Sequence record: SRR31156797_3690
Length of the DNA stretch: 20,000 nucleotides
Reading direction: 5' to 3' (one strand)
Within the stretch, counting starts at the first letter, position 1, and each line of letters begins with the position of its first letter. A program made the translations under genes and the position numbers. The notes below the pieces were generated by a model. The model was not told where the DNA came from. It worked only from the letters and a program-made list of their open reading frames with translations, and did no database searches. Positions 1 through 8,310 of this stretch are shown in pieces.

Positions 1-8
1 GTATCCTA

Positions 9-39
9 AGTATAACATAAGTTTTGGAGGAGCTTTCAA
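9..39 (-). promoter_or_regulatory. Possible divergent sigma-A promoter for a gene left of the window
   Basis: Minus strand reads TG-T-TATACT (extended -10, 17-9); TTGAAA at 39-34 gives a long 19-bp spacer. Confidence 0.35.
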
Positions 40-67
40 AAGAAACGAAAAGAATAGGTAGATAAAC

Positions 68-96
68 TTGCTTTTTTCCTTAGAATCAAGTAAAGT
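68..96 (+). promoter_or_regulatory. Sigma-A promoter of rpsO
   Basis: TTGCTT (68-73), 17 bp, TAAAGT (91-96). Confidence 0.6.
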
Positions 97-102
97 AATT
101 AC

Positions 103-191
103 GTGTGAAAAGCACAGTACCTGTTACTTGGTTTAACGAATCACCAACGTTTTACTCAGTCGCAGGGGAAAAAGAAAAAGAGGTGAAAAAC
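103..191 (+). ncRNA. Putative S15 (rpsO) autoregulatory leader RNA, Firmicutes type
   Basis: About 90-nt 5'UTR with an interrupted stem: CCTGT/GCAGG (120-124/162-166), ACT/AGT, AACG/CGTT, followed by SD GAGGTG. Structured S15-binding leaders are known upstream of Firmicutes rpsO. Confidence 0.55.
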
Positions 192-461
192 ATGGCAATT
201 TCAAAAGAACGCAAAAACGAAATCATCAACAAATTTGCACGTCATGAAGGAGATACTGGTTCTCCAGAAGTTCAAATCGCTGTTTTAACAGAAGAAATCA
301 ACCATTTGAACGAACATGCACGTATGCACAAAAAAGACCACCATTCATACCGTGGGTTGATGAAAAAAGTTGGACATCGTCGTAACTTATTAGCTTACCT
401 ACGTCAAAAAGACGTACAACGTTACCGCGAATTAATCCAAGCTTTAGGATTACGTCGTTAA
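192..461 (+). CDS. rpsO: 30S ribosomal protein S15
   Basis: [12 protein letters not shown]...[16 protein letters not shown]...KDHHSYRGL...LGLRR, 89 aa. ATG 192 follows SD GAGGTG; the ORF-track start at 105 is an over-extension. Confidence 0.99.
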   Translation: MAISKERKNEIINKFARHEGDTGSPEVQIAVLTEEINHLNEHARMHKKDHHSYRGLMKKVGHRRNLLAYLRQKDVQRYRELIQALGLRR

Positions 462-471
462 TCAAACAAAG

Positions 472-504
472 AAAAGTGAGGTTCAACCCGAATCTCACTT
501 TTTT
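472..504 (+). terminator. Rho-independent terminator after rpsO
   Basis: AAAAGTGAGGTTC-aaccc-GAATCTCACTTTT plus T tract. Confidence 0.85.
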
Positions 505-509
505 GCTAT

Positions 510-700
510 GAATCACTGCGACTGGGCGGCGCAAGCCGCACAGAGCAGATGATGAATAGTACTAGGCGAGGGAAACGAGCGTAGTGACCAAGCAGCGGAA
601 TCACTGCGACTGGGCGGCGCAAGTTGTACAGAGCAGATGATGAAACCTACTAGGCGAGAGCAGCGAGCGTAGTGATCAAGCAGCGGAATCACTGCGACTG
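510..700. repeat. Intergenic tandem repeat, 88-bp unit, about 2.2 copies (510-597, 598-685, partial 686-700)
   Basis: GAATCACTGCGACTG recurs at 510, 598 and 686. Units 1 and 2 align without gaps, with 10 mismatches in 88. Confidence 0.95.
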
Positions 701-820
701 CAGTGTCGGCTAAAACAGCTGATGCAGTCTGACAGGTGATCTCGAGTCATCTAAAAAGTGAAACACCGAAAGAGCGGCCTTTTGACTGGTGAATCAAAAA
801 GCGCAGCTAAAAAGAATTTT

Positions 821-913
821 GGGTCCTTGTAAGCAGCATCCTACTAACCAAATGAAAGCAGCGGAACGACATTCCGATTTTTTCATTTGTTTAGTAGTGA
901 CTTGCTGGGATCC
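821..913 (+). promoter_or_regulatory. Long stem-loop in pnp 5'UTR (candidate RNase III-type processing/autoregulation site)
   Basis: GGGTCC..CAGCA..CTACTAA-C-CAAATGAAAG..CGGAA loop TTCCG..TTTTCATTTG-T-TTAGTAG..TGCTG-GGATCC, ending just before SD AAGGAG. Confidence 0.6.
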
Positions 914-931
914 GATGAAAAGGAGCAGAAC

Positions 932-3049
932 ATGACAGAAAAACAAGTATTCAAAACAACTTGGGGCGGCCGCCCATTAGAAGTAGAAGTTGGCCAATTA
1001 GCCAAACAAGCAAACGGAGCTGTATTGGTTCGTTATGGCGATACGGTTGTCCTAAGTGCAGCGGTTGCATCTAAGGAAGCAAAAGATACCGACTTTTTCC
1101 CATTAACAATCAATTACGAAGAAAAAATGTATGCCGTAGGGAAAGTACCTGGTGGCTTTATCAAACGGGAAGGACGTCCAAGTACGGAAGCAACCTTGAC
1201 TGCCCGCTTGATCGATCGTCCGATCCGTCCAATGTTTGCGGAAGGTTTCCGTAACGAAGTACAAGTAACAAACATCGTAATGAGTGTTGAACAAGATTGT
1301 ACGCCAGCAATGGCGGCAATGTTAGGTTCTTCTTTAGCATTGTCTATTTCAGATATCCCGTTTGACGGACCGATCGCTGGTGTTGATGTTGGTCGGGTCA
1401 ATGGTGAGTACGTCTTGAATCCAACAGTAGAACAAGCAGAACAAACTGATATCGAATTGACAGTAGCTGGAACGAAAAAAGCTATCAACATGGTTGAATC
1501 AGGCGCGAAGGAAGTTTCTGAAGAAGACATGTTAGGTGCGTTATTATTCGGTTTTGATGCTATCCAAGAATTGGTTGCCTTCCAAGAAGAAGTTGTCGCA
1601 GCTGTGGGTAAACCAAAAATGGAAGTCAAATTGTTACAAGTAGATGCTGACTTGAAAAAAGAAATTTTCGACGGCTACTACCAAACAATGAAAACTGCTG
1701 TTATGACTGAAGAAAAATTGGCTCGTGAAGACGAGATCGATAAAGTCAAAGACACAGTGAAAGAAGTGTATGCAGAAAAATTTGCTGGACATGAAGAGGA
1801 AGCACAATTCTTGAAAGAAGTGAAACAAATCGCGGAAGATCTTGAAAAAGATGTGGTTCGCGAATTGATCACCATCGACAAGATTCGTCCGGATGGCCGT
1901 CAATTAGACGAAATCCGTCCATTGGCATCAGAAGTTGGCTTATTGCCACGTGTTCATGGTTCTGGTCTATTTACTCGGGGACAAACCCAAGCATTGTCTG
2001 CTTGTACATTAGCACCTTTAGGCGAACACCAAATCATTGATGGATTAGGGGTTGAAGAATCAAAACGATTCATCCACCATTACAACTTCCCTCAATTTTC
2101 TGTTGGTTCGACTGGTCGTGCCGGCTCACCAGGACGTCGTGAAATCGGTCATGGTGCATTAGGCGAACGTGCCTTAGCACAAGTGATTCCTGATGAAACA
2201 GACTTCCCTTACACAATCCGTCTCGTTGCAGAAGTATTAGAATCAAATGGTTCTTCTTCTCAAGCAAGTATCTGTGCAGGAACCTTAGCATTGATGGATG
2301 CAGGGGTGCCAATCAAAGCACCAGTTGCAGGTATCGCAATGGGACTTGTATCTGATGGTGAAAACTACACGATCTTAACTGATATTCAAGGCTTAGAAGA
2401 TCACCTTGGCGATATGGACTTTAAAGTTGCTGGAACCAAAGATGGGATCACTGCGTTACAAATGGATATCAAGATTCAAGGAATCACTGAACAAATCTTG
2501 ACAGAAGCATTAGATCAAGCGAAAAAAGCACGGATGGAAATCTTAAATGAATTGACATCAACATTGGCTGCTCCTCGTGAAGAGTTAAGCCAATACGCAC
2601 CGAAGATCGAAATGATCCAAATCGATCCTGCGAAGATCAAAGATGTAATCGGTAAAGGCGGCGACACCATCAATGGCATCATTGATGAAACTGGCGTGAA
2701 AATCGATATTGATCAAGACGGAAAAGTTTCGATTGCTTCTGCTGATGCAGAAATGATCCAAAAAGCTATCAAGATCATTGAAGAATTGACGAAAGAAGTA
2801 AAAGTTGGCGAAGTGTACCTTGGGAAAGTTGTCCGTGTTGAAAAATTCGGTGCGTTTGTCAACTTGATCAAAGGCAAAGACGGCTTAGTTCACATTTCAC
2901 AACTTGCGAACGAACGGGTCAACAAAGTAGAAGACGTTGTCAAAGAAGGCGACGAAATCTTAGTGAAGGTCACAGAAATCGACAAACAAGGCCGTGTGAA
3001 CCTTTCAAGAAAAGCACTATTGAACGAAGATAAAGCAGAGCAAAAATAA
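932..3049 (+). CDS. pnp: Polyribonucleotide nucleotidyltransferase (PNPase)
   Basis: [52 protein letters not shown]-terminal KH (IGKGG) and S1 (GLVHISQ) domains. 705 aa from ATG 932 with SD AAGGAG. Confidence 0.99.
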   Translation: MTEKQVFKTTWGGRPLEVEVGQLAKQANGAVLVRYGDTVVLSAAVASKEAKDTDFFPLTINYEEKMYAVGKVPGGFIKREGRPSTEATLTARLIDRPIRPMFAEGFRNEVQVTNIVMSVEQDCTPAMAAMLGSSLALSISDIPFDGPIAGVDVGRVNGEYVLNPTVEQAEQTDIELTVAGTKKAINMVESGAKEVSEEDMLGALLFGFDAIQELVAFQEEVVAAVGKPKMEVKLLQVDADLKKEIFDGYYQTMKTAVMTEEKLAREDEIDKVKDTVKEVYAEKFAGHEEEAQFLKEVKQIAEDLEKDVVRELITIDKIRPDGRQLDEIRPLASEVGLLPRVHGSGLFTRGQTQALSACTLAPLGEHQIIDGLGVEESKRFIHHYNFPQFSVGSTGRAGSPGRREIGHGALGERALAQVIPDETDFPYTIRLVAEVLESNGSSSQASICAGTLALMDAGVPIKAPVAGIAMGLVSDGENYTILTDIQGLEDHLGDMDFKVAGTKDGITALQMDIKIQGITEQILTEALDQAKKARMEILNELTSTLAAPREELSQYAPKIEMIQIDPAKIKDVIGKGGDTINGIIDETGVKIDIDQDGKVSIASADAEMIQKAIKIIEELTKEVKVGEVYLGKVVRVEKFGAFVNLIKGKDGLVHISQLANERVNKVEDVVKEGDEILVKVTEIDKQGRVNLSRKALLNEDKAEQK

Positions 3050-3075
3050 GCTGCTATTTCTAAATTATCGCATTG

Positions 3076-3114
3076 AAAAGCAAAGTCTAGGAAACTAGAC
3101 TTTGCTTTTTTTTT
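3076..3114 (+). terminator. Rho-independent terminator after pnp
   Basis: AAAAGCAAAGTCTAG-gaaa-CTAGACTTTGCTTTT plus further Ts. Confidence 0.92.
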
Positions 3115-3227
3115 GTCTAAGTAGCACATCTTCAAAAGGGTCTTACTTGACAGGAGTTATTTTTTGCTTTAGTGCGAAAAATAAGAGATAATTCAGAATA
3201 TTGTCTTTGCCATGCAAGCAATAATTC

Positions 3228-3248
3228 TAAGATGTTAAACGCATCTTA
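3228..3248. promoter_or_regulatory. Palindromic candidate operator upstream of GH1 gene
   Basis: TAAGATG-N7-CATCTTA perfect inverted repeat 20 nt before ATG 3269. Confidence 0.4.
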
Positions 3249-3268
3249 TTTAGGATAAGGAGTACGAT

Positions 3269-4669
3269 ATGAAACAAACATTTCCAACTGATTTTTTATG
3301 GGGAGCATCGATTTCCGCTCACCAAACCGAAGGAGCGTATCAAACCGATGGCAAGGGACTGAGTGTCCAAGATACTCGTCCAAGAGACAACCACAAGATC
3401 GCGGATTTTACTGTGGCTGTCGACCATTACCACCAGTACAAAGAGGATATCGCCTTGTTAGCAGAAATGGGGATCAAAATTTTCCGTTTTTCGATCGCTT
3501 GGTCGCGAATTTTTCCAGAAGGGCGCGGTACTATTAATCAAAAAGGATTGGATCATTACAGCGATGTCATTGATGAATTGCTGAAACACGGCATTCAGCC
3601 CTTTGTAACGTTGAACCATTTTGACTTGCCGCAAGCATTGGAAGACGAAGGCGGCTGGACAAAACGCAGCACCGTTGAGGCATTTGCCGCATACGCCAAA
3701 ACGCTGTTTACAGCCTATGGGGATCGAGTGACGCACTGGCTGACGATCAATGAACCAAATATCATGCTGTTGGTGGATCAAAAAATATTAGGGAAAAAGA
3801 TTCCATTATCAGAAAAATACCAGCAATTTCATCACCTGATGATCGCTGAAAAATATGCTTTCGAAGCGTGTCATGAAATCGTACCGAATGGCAAAATCGG
3901 ACCGGTGCCGAATATTTCGTTGGTCTATGCGGCGACTAGTCGACCAGAAGACAACCAAGCGGCGCTGTATTTCAACAGTGTCCGGAACTGGGCGTACCTT
4001 GATTTCGCCTGCTTCGGTCGTTACAATACGGTCTTTCAAGATTATTTGAACCAAAACGGCCTCACGATTGACTTTGGTCCGGAAGATGAGGTGTTGATGA
4101 AACGGGCTCTGCCTGACTTTGTCGCAATGAACTTCTACACCACGGTGACAGTGGAGCAGCCGACGGAAGCTGGGGACATGAAAAACGGCATCAGTGATCA
4201 GCAAAGTGAAGACATTATGGAGCGTGGTTTTTACAAAGGGTTCACCAATACGTTCTTGAAGAAAAATGCCTTCAATTGGACCATCGATCCCTTGGGACTG
4301 AAAACGACGTTGCAAACACTTTATGATCGTTACCACTTGCCGATCATCATTACTGAAAACGGCTTAGGGGCCGAAGACCATCTAGAAGCAGATGGCGCGG
4401 TTCATGATCCGTACCGTATCGATTATTTGTCGCAGCATATCAATCAATGCTTAGCCGCGATCAATGCTGGGGTGGATCTGATCGGATATAGCCCGTGGTC
4501 TGCCATTGATTTGATTAGTGTGCATGAAGGGATTCGAAAACGGTATGGTTTTATTTACGTAGATCGCAATGATGCAGAGGAAAAAGAACAAAAACGAGTG
4601 AGAAAAGACAGCTTTTATTGGTATCAAAAGCTGATTGAAGAAGGGGCGATCCCTTCGTTGGAGGAGTAA
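3269..4669 (+). CDS. Glycoside hydrolase family 1, likely 6-phospho-beta-glucosidase
   Basis: FPTDFLWGASISAHQTEG, RFSIAWSRIFP, TINEP (acid/base), ITENG (nucleophile), WSAIDLIS...KRYG phospho-sugar-type motif. Coupled to a PTS EIIC gene; SD AAGGAG. Confidence 0.93.
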   Translation: MKQTFPTDFLWGASISAHQTEGAYQTDGKGLSVQDTRPRDNHKIADFTVAVDHYHQYKEDIALLAEMGIKIFRFSIAWSRIFPEGRGTINQKGLDHYSDVIDELLKHGIQPFVTLNHFDLPQALEDEGGWTKRSTVEAFAAYAKTLFTAYGDRVTHWLTINEPNIMLLVDQKILGKKIPLSEKYQQFHHLMIAEKYAFEACHEIVPNGKIGPVPNISLVYAATSRPEDNQAALYFNSVRNWAYLDFACFGRYNTVFQDYLNQNGLTIDFGPEDEVLMKRALPDFVAMNFYTTVTVEQPTEAGDMKNGISDQQSEDIMERGFYKGFTNTFLKKNAFNWTIDPLGLKTTLQTLYDRYHLPIIITENGLGAEDHLEADGAVHDPYRIDYLSQHINQCLAAINAGVDLIGYSPWSAIDLISVHEGIRKRYGFIYVDRNDAEEKEQKRVRKDSFYWYQKLIEEGAIPSLEE

Positions 4670-4671
4670 TG

Positions 4672-6012
4672 ATGACAAGTGTTTTTACCTTTTTAGAAAC
4701 GCGTTTGATGCCGCCATTGAATAAGTTGGCGAATTTACGCTTTATTCGCGCAATCATGCAAGCTGGGATCATTACGGTCCCTTTTACGATCGTCGGATCG
4801 ATTTTTTTAATCATCAATAATTTACCACAAATCATTCCACCACTGGCTGGCTTTTTCGAACAAACGATTTTACGATTTTCACCGCTTTATAGTGTCGTAA
4901 CTACCATGTCTGTTGGCTCGATTGCTGTTTTTTATTGTTTAGCAACAGGGTATTATTTAACTGAGATCTATCATAAAGAAGAGCATTTGACTATGAGCAG
5001 TTTTGTAGGGGCGTTATTAAGTTTGTTTGCCTTTTTAATGACGATCGTCCAAGTCGATATCACAGATGGTGCGGCACAATTGCTGCAGTCAGAGAGCGAA
5101 ACCGCCATTGTTTATAATGGGGTCGCTTTAGGCGGTTGGATCACTCGCTTCAGTGGAGTAGGGATCTTCATCGGGATTATCACTGCAGTACTTGCTACGT
5201 CAGTCTATCGTTTTTGTGTAAAAAGAAAGATCACCATCCAGATGCCTGAAGGGGTTCCTGATGGAGTCAGCAAAGCATTTGCGTCATTGATCCCAGCGAT
5301 TTTGATTGCCTTTTTGATGGTGGCGATCAATGGAGTACTGGCGGTTTTCCACACGGATCTTCACGGATTGCTATCCAAACCATTTGAATTCGTGAAGGAG
5401 TTGACGGGTTCGTGGTTAGGAATCATCGTGATTATGCTCCTTATCCATCTCTTATGGGCAGTGGGGGTTCATGGGACGGCAGTTATAAAAAATAGTTTCA
5501 TCAATCCCATCCTATTGGTGGCTCTAACTGAAAATATCGATGGTGCCAATAATATTTTTGCTGGGGATTTTGTGAACATGTATATTTTTATGGGTGGCGC
5601 AGGAAGTACACTTGGATTGGTTTTATTGATGCTGTTTGTGGCAAAATCACAACAGCTCAAAGTCTTAGGAAAAGCAGCGATCTTACCGGGGCTTTTTAAC
5701 ATCAATGAACCAGTGATCTTCGGGGCACCGATCGTCTACAATCCGTATTTGATCATCCCCTTTATCGTAACACCTTTGATCAACGTGACGATTGCTTACT
5801 TTGCTAGCTCGTTTGGCTTTGTCGATAAAGTCATTACGGGAATTCCCTGGATTTCACCGGTGGGCATAGGGGCGTTTTTAGGAACCGGCGGTGATTTCCG
5901 AGCCATCCTGATCGCTTTGATCAACTTAGGGGTTTCCATTCTCTGCTATTATCCATTCTTTAAGATGTACGATGGCAAACTCTACACGGAACAACTTGCC
6001 AATCAAGCATAA
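4672..6012 (+). CDS. PTS lactose/cellobiose-family EIIC permease (CelB/ChbC-like)
   Basis: Polytopic hydrophobic protein with ITIQMPEGVP..VSKAF..LIP, WAVGVHG, MGGAGSTL, LFNINEPVIFGAPIVYNP. Start is ATG 4669 or 4672 (4672 better spaced from GGAGGAG); translationally coupled to GH1. Confidence 0.93.
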   Translation: MTSVFTFLETRLMPPLNKLANLRFIRAIMQAGIITVPFTIVGSIFLIINNLPQIIPPLAGFFEQTILRFSPLYSVVTTMSVGSIAVFYCLATGYYLTEIYHKEEHLTMSSFVGALLSLFAFLMTIVQVDITDGAAQLLQSESETAIVYNGVALGGWITRFSGVGIFIGIITAVLATSVYRFCVKRKITIQMPEGVPDGVSKAFASLIPAILIAFLMVAINGVLAVFHTDLHGLLSKPFEFVKELTGSWLGIIVIMLLIHLLWAVGVHGTAVIKNSFINPILLVALTENIDGANNIFAGDFVNMYIFMGGAGSTLGLVLLMLFVAKSQQLKVLGKAAILPGLFNINEPVIFGAPIVYNPYLIIPFIVTPLINVTIAYFASSFGFVDKVITGIPWISPVGIGAFLGTGGDFRAILIALINLGVSILCYYPFFKMYDGKLYTEQLANQA

Positions 6013-6023
6013 GTAGAAAAAAC

Positions 6024-6079
6024 AGCAAAACGCCCGTTGATGGACTTCTAGTGAAGTGCCAACAATGGGCGTTTTTGCT
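6024..6079. terminator. Long hairpin between convergent EIIC and ATPase genes (likely bidirectional terminator)
   Basis: AGCAAAACGCCCGTTG.TGGACTTC-tagt-GAAGT.CCA.CAATGGGCGTTTTTGCT. Confidence 0.75.
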
Positions 6080-6093
6080 AGTGCAAATAGTGG

Positions 6094-8016
6094 TCACGTA
6101 TGCAAAGACTGTTGATACAAGACACAATCATCGCAATCTTTGCGGGTTGGTTTGGCTTGCTGGGGTGTTTCTTTGTGTAATGGCAAAAGCATACGCAACC
6201 CGTTTAAGATAACTAAGATCGTGCTTCCTTCATGACCCACGACCCCTAGAGGTAGCGTGAGAAATTCAAGGAAGTTTGAAGCGATCAGCAACAAGATGAC
6301 ACTGATAGAAAAGACGATGTTTTGTTTGATGATCCGCTGTAATTTCTTAGCCAAACGGTGACTGTCGACCAAACGCAGCAAATCATTTTTCATCAAGACG
6401 ATCTCCGCCACATCCATTGCGACATCTGTTCCTTCGCCCATCGCGATCCCTACACTTGCGGTCGCTAAGGCGGGGGCATCATTGATCCCATCACCGACCA
6501 TCGCATTGATTTGGTAGGTTTCTTTCATTTCTTTGATCCGAGTGGTTTTCTCATCAGGCAGGCAATCACTTTCGTAGTCAGACAAGCCGATTTCTGCGGC
6601 GATCACTTTGGCAGTACCTAAATGATCACCCGTCAGCATCGTCGTGTGAATTCCTTGCTTATTGAAGTAGGCAAGACTCTCACGAGCTTCAGGACGGGGC
6701 TGATCCAATAGTGCTAAATACCCTGCTAATACACGGTCACGATTGATATAAATCAAGGTTTTTCCGGCTGCTTTCAATTCTTGGATGCGGGTTTGTTCAC
6801 TGACAGCAACAGAGGTTAGATCGACTTCTTTTCCAATCGTCCAATGGGCAGCTTGGTAAGTGGTGGCTAGACCGACCCCCGCTTGTTCTTCCACTGCTAA
6901 TTCCAATGGTCTTTCATCGTGGAAATACGCCAAGATCGCTTCAGCCAATGGGTGATTTGATTGTTTTTCCATCCCAACAATCAGTTGGGGGATAAACGGT
7001 TCATCCAGCAATAGATGAACATCAGTGACAGCAGGTTTGCCTCGAGTCAGCGTTCCGGTTTTGTCAAAAGCGATCGCTTTGACATTGGCAAAGGCATCCA
7101 AGGCTTGTCCGCCTTTGCATAAAACGCCCAAACGAGCAGCGTGAGAAATGGCTGCTAACGTCGCAGGAGTAGCAGAGGCGACTAAGGCACAAGGGGATGC
7201 CACTACTAGTAAGACCATGCCACGATAAAAACTTTCTTGGAACCCCCAATTCGTGAAAAACGTACACAAAACGATCATTAGTGGGACGGCGATCAGGACG
7301 ATCGGCACATAGATCCGTTCGATTTTTTCGATCAGGGTCGCCGTTTGACTTGGCATTTGCTGCGCTTCTTCCACCAATTGAATGATTTTTGCAAAGCGGG
7401 TGTTTTCACTCGTTTGAGTAACTTCAATGTACAATGGCTGCCCAAGGTTGATGGTTCCCCCAAAGACTTCACTGCCTAAACGTTTCTCGACAGGAATGGA
7501 TTCGCCACTGATGGCCGCCTCATCAACACTGCTGGTTCCTTGGATCACGATACCGTCGATCGGGATCGCACTGCCTTTTGCCACCATAATCGTATCTTTT
7601 AACTGAAGGGCTTCGACTGGTACTTCGACGAGCTCCCCAGATTCAATCATTTTTAAGGCAGTCGTTGGTTGCAGTGCCATTAATGAACTAATTTCTCGCG
7701 TACTTTTGTTGGTCGTATATTCCTCAAGGGCACCGCTCAAACAAAAGATAAAGGTCAGCATCGCCCCTTCAAACCAATGCCCAATGATACAGGCACCAAT
7801 GGCGGCTAACGCCATCAGTAGATCGACGTTCAACCGTTTGTCGTGCACCAATTCTTGCGTGCCTTCCCAGGTTTGTTTCCAACCCCCGGCAAGAATCGCT
7901 AACAGATAAGGGACAAAGCTATAAGGAATGGAAAAAGATGCCATAAGAAAGCCAGTTGCCATCAATAGCAAACAAGCAATCGTTGAAAAAACAGCCGACG
8001 ATTCGGATTTACTCAT
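6094..8016 (-). CDS. Heavy-metal P1B-4-type ATPase (PfeT/ZosA/FrvA/PmtA-like, Fe2+/Co2+/Zn2+ efflux class)
   Basis: SGES actuator, VASPCAL (SPC), FDKTGT, SNHPLA, VGDGINDAPAL, HEGST in last TM, no N-terminal HMA domain. ATG 8016 with SD AGGAGG (8030-8025), 640 aa; the ORF-track start at 8238 is over-extended. Confidence 0.92.
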   Translation of the reverse strand: MSKSESSAVFSTIACLLLMATGFLMASFSIPYSFVPYLLAILAGGWKQTWEGTQELVHDKRLNVDLLMALAAIGACIIGHWFEGAMLTFIFCLSGALEEYTTNKSTREISSLMALQPTTALKMIESGELVEVPVEALQLKDTIMVAKGSAIPIDGIVIQGTSSVDEAAISGESIPVEKRLGSEVFGGTINLGQPLYIEVTQTSENTRFAKIIQLVEEAQQMPSQTATLIEKIERIYVPIVLIAVPLMIVLCTFFTNWGFQESFYRGMVLLVVASPCALVASATPATLAAISHAARLGVLCKGGQALDAFANVKAIAFDKTGTLTRGKPAVTDVHLLLDEPFIPQLIVGMEKQSNHPLAEAILAYFHDERPLELAVEEQAGVGLATTYQAAHWTIGKEVDLTSVAVSEQTRIQELKAAGKTLIYINRDRVLAGYLALLDQPRPEARESLAYFNKQGIHTTMLTGDHLGTAKVIAAEIGLSDYESDCLPDEKTTRIKEMKETYQINAMVGDGINDAPALATASVGIAMGEGTDVAMDVAEIVLMKNDLLRLVDSHRLAKKLQRIIKQNIVFSISVILLLIASNFLEFLTLPLGVVGHEGSTILVILNGLRMLLPLHKETPQQAKPTRKDCDDCVLYQQSLHT

Positions 8017-8103
8017 AAGAAACGCCTCCTTTTGAATGTAGTCTATGAATGAAAAAACCGATCCTTTTCTCAAGAAACAATCGATTGTTCCTCCCTCAAC
8101 TTG

Positions 8104-8133
8104 AGCATAGCACATTCGAAAACAAGATGGTAA
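8104..8133 (-). promoter_or_regulatory. Sigma-A promoter of the P1B ATPase
   Basis: TTACCA (8133-8128), 18 bp, TATGCT (8109-8104) with extended TG (8112-8111). Confidence 0.55.
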
Positions 8134-8147
8134 AAAAACAACGTACC

Positions 8148-8168
8148 TGATAATGAAAGTGATTATCA
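8148..8168. promoter_or_regulatory. Fur box
   Basis: tGATAATGAAAGTGATTATCa; 16/19 match to GATAATGATAATCATTATC. Confidence 0.75.
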
Positions 8169-8236
8169 AGTAGCGATTAAATAACGCTACTATCCAAATG
8201 ATAAATGGAAACTCACTATTATAGAAAAAAGAACAC

Positions 8237-8276
8237 AAAAAAAGCAGTACAATAAAAAACGAATTGTACTGCTTTT
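8237..8276 (-). terminator. Rho-independent terminator of the mevalonate operon
   Basis: AAAAGCAGTACAAT-N9-ATTGTACTGCTTTT with T tract on minus strand. Confidence 0.85.
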
Positions 8277-8310
8277 GCTTGTTCGATGTGGTAGTCAGCG
8301 ACTGGATCGG

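Noticed and set aside
545-590. Hammerhead ribozyme (ATGATGA...GAAA)
   Set aside because: The core lacks the C of CUGAUGA, no stem II closes between the motifs, and copy 2 has no GAAA.
510-700. CRISPR array (15-nt repeat with 73-nt spacers)
   Set aside because: The would-be spacers are near-identical to each other, the sizes are atypical, and no cas genes are in the window.
510-730. Type III toxin-antitoxin antitoxin array (about 2.2 repeats then hairpin)
   Set aside because: The unit is much longer than known toxI/cptI/tenpI repeats, and the downstream gene is canonical pnp rather than a ToxN/CptN/TenpN toxin.
3232-3247. CcpA cre site before the GH1 gene
   Set aside because: Only the central AAACG matches; the flanks fit TGWAANCGNTNWCA poorly. 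Kept only as a generic palindrome.
8199-8222. Second Fur/PerR/Zur box
   Set aside because: Only about half of the Fur consensus positions match, in AT-rich DNA.
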